Assembly (NCBI GenBank): GCA_965232485.1
Contig: OZ246975.1
Span: forward strand, 2,027,246-2,091,245
Length of the DNA stretch: 64,000 nt
Direction of reading: 5' to 3'
Source of the DNA: Rhodothermales bacterium
GTDB taxonomy: Bacteria; Bacteroidota; Rhodothermia; Rhodothermales; VXPQ01
This document shows, piece by piece, positions 56,657-64,000 of this stretch; within the stretch, counting starts at the first letter, position 1; each line of letters opens with the position of its first letter. The position numbers and the translations under genes were made by a program. Under the pieces are notes generated by a model. It had not been told where the DNA came from and did no database searches. It was given only the letters and a program-made list of their open reading frames with translations.

Positions 56657-56752
56657 CGATGTCACCCGATGGTCATACCCTACGATTCCGGCAGGGTTCT
56701 TGATCCCGGCGAAAGAGCCGCCCCGCCCGCTCGCCGTTACGGGCGCCCGCAG

Positions 56753-56826
56753 CGCGCCCGGCAGGACTCGAACCTGCAACCTGCGGATTAGAAGTCCGCC
56801 GCTCTGTCCGGTTGAGCTACGGGCGC
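56753..56826 (-). tRNA. tRNA-Arg (anticodon TCT)
   Basis: Acceptor GCGCCCG/CGGGCGC, anticodon stem GCGGA/TCCGC, loop CTTCTAA. 74 nt. Confidence 0.8.
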
Positions 56827-56904
56827 AAGGAACGAGTGCGGGGCATGGCGACAAACTGCCGCCGGCGTCTTTCCCGTCCACGCCATGGCCGGAATCGGCA
56901 TGTG

Positions 56905-56978
56905 TCGAGGCGGCCGGATTTGAACCGACGACCCTCTGCTCCCAAAGCAGATGCGCTACCGGACTGCGCCACGCCTCG
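56905..56978 (-). tRNA. tRNA-Pro (anticodon TGG)
   Basis: Acceptor CGAGGCG/CGCCTCG, anticodon stem TCTGC/GCAGA, loop TTTGGGA. 74 nt. Confidence 0.8.
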
Positions 56979-57064
56979 ATGTTGCGAACAAGGGCGCATC
57001 CTGCGACGCGTCTTTGCAGCGGGCGGAGCGAACGCGCCATCCGCGCCGCAGAAGTTCGCCGCGG

Positions 57065-57241
57065 TCAGTTCGCCTTTTTCGCCGCGGTCAGGGCGTCCTG
57101 AACCGCCTCAGCGGACACCATGCGGGCCCGAAAACTGTAATGACCGTTCGTCTTCTTTTCGGCGGCGACGATTTTGGCCATCTGTTTGGCGGGGCCGCGC
57201 GTCTTGCGCACCTTGTCGCCGAATGTCTGTGCTTTCGCCAT
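57065..57241 (-). CDS. DUF4295-family small protein
   Basis: 58-aa ORF, below the track cutoff and translated by hand: MAKAQTFGDKVRKTRGPAKQMAKIVAAEKKTNGHYSFRARMVSAEAVQDALTAAKKAN. It sits in the conserved position after rpmB-rpmG seen in Bacteroidota-like genomes. Confidence 0.7.
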   Translation of the reverse strand: MAKAQTFGDKVRKTRGPAKQMAKIVAAEKKTNGHYSFRARMVSAEAVQDALTAAKKAN

Positions 57242-57291
57242 GGCGATCTAACGACGTTTTTACGGAACCGCGCGCCAGGGCCCGCCGCTCC

Positions 57292-57462
57292 TTATTTGAT
57301 TTCTCTGTGCAATGTGTGCTTGCGCAACTTCGGATTGTACTTCTTGAGCTCCAGACGCTGATCCGTATTGCGCCGATTCTTCGTCGTGGAGTACCGCGAC
57401 GCGCCGGGAGCTTCCGTGCACTGAAGCGTCACCTGAATCCGAACTCCTTTCGCTTTGGCCAT
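57292..57462 (-). CDS. rpmG: 50S ribosomal protein L33
   Basis: 56-aa ORF translated by hand: [56 protein letters not shown]. Confidence 0.9.
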   Translation of the reverse strand: MAKAKGVRIQVTLQCTEAPGASRYSTTKNRRNTDQRLELKKYNPKLRKHTLHREIK

Positions 57463-57529
57463 GATTTTACTCTGGATTACGGGTTCCGGCGCGCGCCTTG
57501 CCCGGGCGCCATGGACATGCCGCGAGCCA

Positions 57530-57766
57530 TCAGATGCGTACGCCTTGCCGGCGCGCTTCTCGAAGCACGGCCTGAACGCCTTTTTTATTAATCGTTTTCA
57601 GCGTCTTCGCGGACACCTTCAGGGTAACGTAGCGATCTTCTTCCGGAATGTAAAACCGCTTCTTCTGAAGATTAAGAAGAAAACGACGCTTCACCTTGTT
57701 GTGAGCGTGGGAAACGTGGTTGCCCGTCCGGGGACCGCGTCCCGTGACGTCGTCTTTTCGCGCCAT
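57530..57766 (-). CDS. rpmB: 50S ribosomal protein L28
   Basis: [34 protein letters not shown]... Confidence 0.9.
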   Translation of the reverse strand: MARKDDVTGRGPRTGNHVSHAHNKVKRRFLLNLQKKRFYIPEEDRYVTLKVSAKTLKTINKKGVQAVLREARRQGVRI

Positions 57767-57973
57767 GTCTCAAGCCCCAAAGGGCGCTGTACCGGGTGTG
57801 TCGATGTTTCCTGCGCGTTTCCGCACGATACGGACTCGCAAGCAATGGCCTATAGCGTAGTCGCACAAGATACGGCGCAGGAAACCGCTTCGCAAGAATT
57901 TTTCCGCGAAAAACCGGACGCTCATTTCTCGTTTAGCTAAAAGGATACGTGATCGGACGGAAATTGTTTCCTT

Positions 57974-58786
57974 TCAAGCGTCCGGAGCAGGCGCATCGAA
58001 AAACGAAAGCAGCGTGTCGCCCCGAAGTCCTGTGCGCAGCGTTTCAAGAGGAATCACTTCGTCCGGGGGGATATTGCCAAGATTCGCGTTGGCGCCGAAT
58101 TTCCGAATGAACCAGACCTGTTGCGCCTTACGGGGAGCCTCGAAAACCAGTTGCCGGGCGTCGATGCGGCGAACGATTTCGTCCATAACAGACGACCGTA
58201 CCTGGCCGGAAGCATCGAAAACGCCCGCCGCCCCGCTCTCCCGCGCTTCGCAAATAACCTTCCAGCTGCCCGCGCCCAGTTCATCCCGTATCATCCGAAC
58301 CCATGTGTCCGGCGCAAGGGAGACGGACTGATCTTTCGAGCCGACCTCGCTCAATACGCGGAAATCTTCCGCAAAGGAACGAATATGGGCGAGCTTTTCT
58401 TCGTGCGGGAGCGAAATGGTCCCGTCGGAAATCTCGACATATTCAACGCGCAGGGAACGAAGCAAGGCGCGGTACTCGGCGAGCCGCCCGCGCAAGCAAA
58501 ACGCTTCGAAGAGGGTGCCGCCAAAACAAACCGGCACCTGGGCCGCCCGGTACGCCGCCAATTTCTCCTCGAGGCGCGGCGTGACCACAGCCGTGCCCCA
58601 TCCCAGCTTGACGCCGTCCACATAGTCGGCGCTTGTTTGCAGCAGGTCTTCCGCCTGCCGAACAGAGAGCCCCTTGTCCAGAACAAGGGTCAGACCTGAA
58701 TCGCGCGGGCGGGCGGGACGGGCGGGCAAGTCGTCAAATCCAAAGCGGTCGTGCGGCATGGCGGGCGAAAAAAGTTGCGCAGGCAA
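57974..58786 (-). CDS. comA: (2R)-phospho-3-sulfolactate synthase (ComA family)
   Basis: GLTLVLDKGLS...ADYVDGVKLGWGTAVV...VCFGGTLFE is a ComA-like TIM-barrel signature, recognised by eye. Confidence 0.7.
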   Translation of the reverse strand: MPAQLFSPAMPHDRFGFDDLPARPARPRDSGLTLVLDKGLSVRQAEDLLQTSADYVDGVKLGWGTAVVTPRLEEKLAAYRAAQVPVCFGGTLFEAFCLRGRLAEYRALLRSLRVEYVEISDGTISLPHEEKLAHIRSFAEDFRVLSEVGSKDQSVSLAPDTWVRMIRDELGAGSWKVICEARESGAAGVFDASGQVRSSVMDEIVRRIDARQLVFEAPRKAQQVWFIRKFGANANLGNIPPDEVIPLETLRTGLRGDTLLSFFDAPAPDA

Positions 58787-58877
58787 GAATTATGAATCGG
58801 CGGCGCGGCCAGCGCCCCGGCAGCCCAAACTACGACGGGCAAACGTATTACGGGATACGTTGATCAAAACTGCTTCG

Positions 58878-60143
58878 CTATGCCTCTGGATTCACTGCTT
58901 TCGCCGGTTCGATCGCGGCGGCGCGCGCCGCGGGGTACAGCCCCGCCGCCGCGCAAAGCCCGATGGCGGCGGCGCTTACCGTCAGCAGGTCCGTACTCTC
59001 AATGAAGACCGGATATGCATCAATCAGGAACGACTCTGCGCCGGCCAGCGGAACCAGGCCGAACTGCTGCTGCAACAGGGCCAGTCCCAATCCGATCGCC
59101 AGGCCGGCCGCTGTGCCGGTCACGCCTACGAGGACGCCTTCAAGTAAAAAGATGCGGCGGATGTCCCGGCGCGAAACGCCCATCGCCCGCAATGCGCCTA
59201 TATCGCGGCGTTTTTCGATAACAATCATGGTTAGCGAACCGACGATATTACACGAGGCCACCAGGATGATCAGGCCCAGCACGAAAGTCGCCGCCCATTT
59301 TTCGAGCCGCATGACATCGTAGAGCGATTTGCGCAAATCGTACCAGGTGATCGCTTCAAGCGATGCGGGGAGACGCGCCGTCAGCATGTGCTTCACGACG
59401 TCGGCCCGCTCTATATCGGTAAGCCGGAGCTCGACGCCGGTTACGGAGTCTCCCGTGCGAAACAGGCGCTGGGCCTCCTTCGTTTCGATGAAAACATGGC
59501 TTTCGTCATAAATATCCTCCATTTCGAAGAGGCCGCGCACGTCGAACAGGGTTGGGGGCGAAGCGGCAAACCCTGAAAAACCAGTCGCCATGTCCTCGAT
59601 ATCCGACGCCGAAAGAAGCAGAACCCGACCCGCCGGCGTATTCGAGGACGGCAGAAAAGCCAGTCGGGAGGCCAGCGAAACGCCCGCCGCAAGGCCAGGC
59701 CGCCCGTTCCGTCGGGCCAGATCGAAAGCGCCGTCGCTCGTCCGACCCGGTACGCGACTCACGCCAGCGTAGACCTGCGGCTCCACGCCCCGGACCACAA
59801 CTACTTTGTTCACCTCGGCGCCTTGTTCCGGCAACAGAAGGGCTTTCCCCTCGACATAGGCCGAGGCAGATTCGACGCCCGGCAACGCAAGCGCCACCGC
59901 CGCCAGCGAATCGGGGTTAGCGACCCCGGCCCTTCCCTCGCCAACGATACGGACATGCGGATCAAGCGAAACCAGCAAATCGCGTACGATATAATAGAAT
60001 CCGTTCATCACGGAAAGCACTACCACAAGCGACGCGACCCCGAGCGCGACGCCCGCAACGGAGATGCCGGTAATGAACGAAATAAGGGAGACCTGCCGGC
60101 GACCTGCAAGGTAGCGCCGGGCGATCAGCAAGCGAAAGTCCAC
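58878..60143 (-). CDS. FtsX-family ABC transporter permease (LolC/LolE-like lipoprotein-release type)
   Basis: MDFRLLIARRYLAGRRQVSLISFITGISVAGVALGVASLVVVLSVMNGF is the typical LolC/E N-terminus. A C-terminal FtsX 3-TM bundle is present. Confidence 0.85.
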   Translation of the reverse strand: MDFRLLIARRYLAGRRQVSLISFITGISVAGVALGVASLVVVLSVMNGFYYIVRDLLVSLDPHVRIVGEGRAGVANPDSLAAVALALPGVESASAYVEGKALLLPEQGAEVNKVVVVRGVEPQVYAGVSRVPGRTSDGAFDLARRNGRPGLAAGVSLASRLAFLPSSNTPAGRVLLLSASDIEDMATGFSGFAASPPTLFDVRGLFEMEDIYDESHVFIETKEAQRLFRTGDSVTGVELRLTDIERADVVKHMLTARLPASLEAITWYDLRKSLYDVMRLEKWAATFVLGLIILVASCNIVGSLTMIVIEKRRDIGALRAMGVSRRDIRRIFLLEGVLVGVTGTAAGLAIGLGLALLQQQFGLVPLAGAESFLIDAYPVFIESTDLLTVSAAAIGLCAAAGLYPAARAAAIEPAKAVNPEA

Positions 60144-60155
60144 CCGGTTAGCCGG

Positions 60156-61034
60156 TTACAATAGAGAATGCGGATCGGCGAAGGCGCCTTCCGGCACATC
60201 CGCGGGCATATCCACGCGATCCGTAAACAAGACAAACCCGTCGCCGGGTTTCTGCTCCGAAACGACGAGCGCGCCCGAAGGCGTCTCGAAGGTCTTGTGG
60301 CTGGACCAGGCGATCGGTTGAGGCAGATGGTCCGGGGCGTGATGCTGCAAGCGGTACGCCCATTGCCGGATTCGTCCGGTTTCCTTGTCCGCATAGACCC
60401 AATACTGGTCTCCCGGCGTCAGGCCTACGTCTCCAAACGAAAGATGCAGAACGTCTACGTCGGCGGAGGAAGAATCTGGCAGGTAGTTTCTGTGCACGCC
60501 CTCGTCGAACAACTTCGCCGGCATGAGCAGCCAATACGTATCGTTGATGAAGCTGCGGTAGGCATTTTCGAGCAGGGCGGCTTCTTCCCCGGCGTCCACC
60601 CGTTCGCCGAAAAGCCAGACGCTTCCCTCGGCGGGAGCATGCGTATTGAACAGCGCCACATACAGCGTATCGCCGCCGCGCGGCATTTCCAGTCGATAAT
60701 CGCCTGTCATGCGGTCCCACAAATGCCGCCCGCGCACGGTGCGCTCCGGCGGCGCGGCGGACGAATCGTCGGGCGACGCAGAAGACCCGATGGCGAAATC
60801 GAATCGCAGGTAGCGCAGATCCGCCCAGGCCTCAGGTCCGCCGTACGCCTCGAAAACCTTCATGGCCACGCTGTCGGCGCGGGTTTCCATGGGAGGCAGG
60901 GCATGGGACGAACCCTCCATGGATGGTTCGCCGCAACCGGCCAGGACGCCGACCAGCGCGATAGCGAAAAAGAGATTGCTTGTTGCAAAACGGGACGGGA
61001 AGCAACGGGCGCGCGATTTCATGATCGATGTCAT
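60156..61034 (-). CDS. hypothetical lipoprotein
   Basis: Signal/lipobox LFFAIALVGVLAGC. No recognisable catalytic motif. Located 12 nt downstream of the LolE-like gene. Confidence 0.6.
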   Translation of the reverse strand: MTSIMKSRARCFPSRFATSNLFFAIALVGVLAGCGEPSMEGSSHALPPMETRADSVAMKVFEAYGGPEAWADLRYLRFDFAIGSSASPDDSSAAPPERTVRGRHLWDRMTGDYRLEMPRGGDTLYVALFNTHAPAEGSVWLFGERVDAGEEAALLENAYRSFINDTYWLLMPAKLFDEGVHRNYLPDSSSADVDVLHLSFGDVGLTPGDQYWVYADKETGRIRQWAYRLQHHAPDHLPQPIAWSSHKTFETPSGALVVSEQKPGDGFVLFTDRVDMPADVPEGAFADPHSLL

Positions 61035-61268
61035 GGTCGAATCACATGGATGCGAAAAACGGTTTGCACGGCGAAAATCTCAACGGCAGAAAGAGGCGCG
61101 TCACAGCCGCCATGCTCCGGATGCGCCGTGTTTTCCGCCGGTTTCAACGATGCAAGCATGATGGGCCGTACGCAGGAACGCGACGCGCTGAGCGAAGCGG
61201 CTTTGATCAGCGTATCCTAAAATAAGGACTCGCCGAACAATGCGCGGGAAGAAAACATATAGGGCGGG

Positions 61269-62363
61269 CTACACATTGAACCGGAACAGAATCACGTCGC
61301 CGTCCGCCACCACATAGTCCTTTCCTTCGGCGCGCATGACGCCGGCTTCCCGGGCCGCCGCTTCCGAACCGCACCGGATGAATTCCTCATACCGGATCGT
61401 TTCCGCCCGAATGAATCCCCGCTCGAAGTCCGAATGAATAACGCCCGCCGCCGCGGGCGCGCGCGCGCCCTGCTCAACCGTCCAGGCCCGCGTTTCCTTC
61501 GGCCCGGTCGTAAAAAACGTAATGAGATTCAGCAGGGCGTACCCGGCCGCCGTAAAGCGGTCCATCCCCGGAGCCTCAAGACCCAGCTCCCGGAGCCAAT
61601 CAACCCGTTCCTCGGCGGGCAGCGCAGCCAACTGCGCCTCAATGTCGGCGCAAACGACCACGCAGGAAAAACCCTCCAGCGCGGCAATCCGGCGCACGAC
61701 TTCGGCGCGCGGTCCCCCGTCGGGCAGGTCGGCCTCCGCCACATTGGCTACGTAAAGCACCGGTTTCGCCGACAAAAGAAACAGGGACGCGAGGCGGGCT
61801 TCTTCGCCGGGCTGCGCGGGAAAGGCGCGCGCCGGCTTGCCTTCCCCCACATGGGCGCACACCTGTTCGACGAAGGCAAGTTCTTCCCGCAGCGCACGAT
61901 CTCCGCCTTTGGCCTGCTTCGCCATTTTCTCGATGCGGCGATCAAGAGATTCCAGGTCCTTCAGCAACAATTCCGTGTCTACGGTTTCTATGTCGCGGGC
62001 CGGATCTACCGAGCCGGAGACATGCGTCACGTCGGGGTCCTCAAAGCAGCGCGTCACATGCACTATCGCGTCCACTTCCCGAATGTGCGACAAAAACCTG
62101 TTGCCGAGCCCCTCGCCTTTCGAAGCGCCTTCGACCAATCCGGCGATATCCACATATTCGACTGTCGCGGGCGTTGCCTTCGCGGAGCCGGACAACGCCG
62201 CCAGACGATAAAGCCGTTCGTCGGGAACGGGAGCCATGCCCACGTTCGGCTCGATCGTGCAGAAAGGATAATTTTCCGAACGCGCCCCGGCGCCGCTCAG
62301 CACATTGAAGAGCGACGATTTGCCCACATTGGGGAGGCCCGCGATGCCGCAGCGTAAAGCCAT
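61269..62363 (-). CDS. ychF: redox-regulated ribosome-binding ATPase YchF
   Basis: GIAGLPNVGKSSLFN P-loop and the C-terminal ...DGDVILFRFNV. Confidence 0.95.
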   Translation of the reverse strand: MALRCGIAGLPNVGKSSLFNVLSGAGARSENYPFCTIEPNVGMAPVPDERLYRLAALSGSAKATPATVEYVDIAGLVEGASKGEGLGNRFLSHIREVDAIVHVTRCFEDPDVTHVSGSVDPARDIETVDTELLLKDLESLDRRIEKMAKQAKGGDRALREELAFVEQVCAHVGEGKPARAFPAQPGEEARLASLFLLSAKPVLYVANVAEADLPDGGPRAEVVRRIAALEGFSCVVVCADIEAQLAALPAEERVDWLRELGLEAPGMDRFTAAGYALLNLITFFTTGPKETRAWTVEQGARAPAAAGVIHSDFERGFIRAETIRYEEFIRCGSEAAAREAGVMRAEGKDYVVADGDVILFRFNV

Positions 62364-62373
62364 GCGTTTTTAG

Positions 62374-62472
62374 GGATACTCTGGTTAAGTCCGCAAAGAT
62401 TCAGAGGCTGAAAGGGGCGCGCCGGCAAGGAATGACGAAGCAATGCAGGCGGCGGACCCCGTATAATGAGCC
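62374..62472 (-). repeat. ~100-bp conserved intergenic element, copy 3 (orientation B on the plus strand)
   Basis: ggatactctggttaagtccgcaaagattcagaggctgaaaggggcgcgccggcaaggaatgacgaagcaatgcaggcggcggaccccgtataatgag. It starts 11 nt upstream of the ychF ATG and ends just after the nusB stop. Confidence 0.8.
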
Positions 62473-62476
62473 TCCT

Positions 62477-62992
62477 TTAGCGTTGGGGCGACGGCTTCCT
62501 GGCCGGCGAATCCGCGATGCCGCGCTTCCGCAAGGCCTCCATGCCTATTAATCCGCGGCCCGACTTGCTCAAGAGACGTCGCCGATGCAAATCGAACAGC
62601 GCCGCATCAAGAATGCCGTTGATGAATTTTCCGCTTTCCGCCGTGCTGTATCGCTTGACGATTTCGATGGCCTCGTTGATGGACACCTTTGGCGGGATAT
62701 CGTCGAAGGCCAGCATTTCGGCGAGCGCAATGCGCAGCGCAATGCGATCGATCAGCGCAATGCGCGACAAATCCCAGTTCTTTGAATGGGATCCGATGAT
62801 CCCGTCAAGACGAGCGATATGTTGCTGGACCCACCAGAAAAGGCGTTTGGCGAACGCCAGCGTCGCCTCGTCGCCGCAAAGTTTGGGCGCAATAATCGTC
62901 TCGACGATGTGGACGGCGTCTTCCTCGCCCGCCATTTCGCTTGCGTAGAGCGCCTGCATCACACGCGTCCTGGCCTCTCTGCGGTTGTTCAT
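62477..62992 (-). CDS. nusB: transcription antitermination factor NusB
   Basis: REARTRVMQALYA...DRIALIDRIALRIALAEM...INEAIEIVKRY. Confidence 0.9.
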   Translation of the reverse strand: MNNRREARTRVMQALYASEMAGEEDAVHIVETIIAPKLCGDEATLAFAKRLFWWVQQHIARLDGIIGSHSKNWDLSRIALIDRIALRIALAEMLAFDDIPPKVSINEAIEIVKRYSTAESGKFINGILDAALFDLHRRRLLSKSGRGLIGMEALRKRGIADSPARKPSPQR

Positions 62993-63125
62993 ATGTCAAA
63001 GACGGTCTCTCGGGTGGAGCAACGAAGAAACGTCGCTGAAAAAGTAGCATATTCATAACGTGGCTTCAGGTTCTTGTTCGCCGCGACATTCTTGCCTTTT
63101 TATTGAGGGATTTTTCGGGCAAGCC

Positions 63126-64000
63126 CTATCGCCAATGTACGCGCTGGAGCGTTTTCCCGTCCGTACGAAACCATATGCCGCCGGATTCCGAGGTCAACGC
63201 TACGTCGAAACCGGCAGATTCCAGGCGATCCAGTATTTCCTGGTTCGGGAGTCCATAGCGATTCCGCTCCGCCACGCTCACGATCGCGTATGGTTTCCGG
63301 GCGTCTTCTTGCGGTCCCGCCGCGCTGTTGAGAAAAGCCGGGATGGAACTGGTTTTGGAGCCATGATGCCCGACTTTCAGGACATGGCTTTGCAGCAACT
63401 CCTGGTATCGTTGCGTAATGCGCAGTTCAGCTTCAAGCGGAGCGTCTCCCGTAAATAAAAAGGACAACGCGCCGTAGCGTACAAGCAACACCACAGAATG
63501 TGCGTTGGGTCCCTCTTCGGGAACCTCCTTGAACGGGTACAACACATAGGCCCGCACCTCTGGCGACAGCGCCAGCGAATCCCCTGCGCGGACCGCGCGA
63601 TGCGGAATTTGCAGGCTATCCAGCACGGCGTTGGTTTCTTCGAAAAGCCTTGATGAATGCTGGTAGCCCGAGCGGAACACGCGTCGCACGGGCACGGAAC
63701 GCAATACGGAAGGAACGCCCCCGATATGGTCGCTGTCGGGATGGGTAATGACGATGGCCGCCAGTTTGTCGACGCCATGGTACGCCAATTGAGGCGTCAC
63801 GAATCGGCTACCCGCATCGCTTCCGGTAAAAGGAGACCGGGGGCCTGCATCAATGAGCACGCCCTCTCCGTTGGGAAGACGAAGCAGCGCGGCGTCTCCC
63901 TGCCCAACATCCAGATAAATGACTTCAAGGCTTGGACGATAACGTCCGCGCGCGATCCCCTGAACCACATCCCCGACGAGAAAAATCAGCGCGAGGACTA
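63126..64000 (-). CDS. ComEC/Rec2-related protein, C-terminal MBL-fold domain (5' part lies beyond the window end)
   Basis: VIYLDVGQGDAALL...ITHPDSDHIGG...LKVGHHGSKTS metallo-beta-lactamase motifs. The reading frame is open to the window edge. Confidence 0.75.
   Translation of the reverse strand, partial: VLALIFLVGDVVQGIARGRYRPSLEVIYLDVGQGDAALLRLPNGEGVLIDAGPRSPFTGSDAGSRFVTPQLAYHGVDKLAAIVITHPDSDHIGGVPSVLRSVPVRRVFRSGYQHSSRLFEETNAVLDSLQIPHRAVRAGDSLALSPEVRAYVLYPFKEVPEEGPNAHSVVLLVRYGALSFLFTGDAPLEAELRITQRYQELLQSHVLKVGHHGSKTSSIPAFLNSAAGPQEDARKPYAIVSVAERNRYGLPNQEILDRLESAGFDVALTSESGGIWFRTDGKTLQRVHWR

Overview
High-GC bacterial chromosome segment. Gene content and order (rpmB-rpmG-DUF4295, rpmH-rnpA-yidC-mnmE-mnmG-rsmG, yceD-rpmF-plsX-fabHDG, dnaA-dnaN) fit an FCB-group (Bacteroidota/Rhodothermota-like) organism; this is a guess from synteny only. 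The window has two parts. (1) About 1-18300 is accessory DNA. It holds an AAA ATPase gene present as an intact copy plus a 5'-truncated copy, as 1051-bp direct repeats 4515 bp apart. These bracket an IS5-family element, two low-GC secreted-protein genes and an iteron/Rep-like module. A LOG-family gene, a TonB-domain gene and a secreted hypothetical follow. Then comes a co-directional minus-strand defence block: Type III R-M mod-res, a 1273-aa N-terminal-SIR2 protein and a DUF262-HNH nuclease. (2) About 18300-64000 is housekeeping: mfd, rsmG, mnmG, mnmE, yidC, rnpA, rpmH, six tRNAs, a STAS/RR-PP2C/RsbW-like partner-switching module with a binding protein and histidine kinase, a DEAD-box helicase, fatty-acid/phospholipid genes, dnaA-dnaN, ribosomal protein genes, tsf-pyrH-frr, yicC-gmk-rpoZ-coaBC, UDG, dnaB, lolE-like permease, ychF, nusB and a partial comEC. 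The best candidate for an undescribed system is the SIR2-giant plus DUF262-HNH pair directly downstream of the Type III R-M. Other points worth a second look are a ~100-bp intergenic element in three copies, a DnaA without a recognisable domain I behind a DnaA-box cluster, and the integrated-replicon-like structure at the left end. No rRNA genes or CRISPR arrays were seen. All family calls rest on motif recognition by eye; no searches were run.
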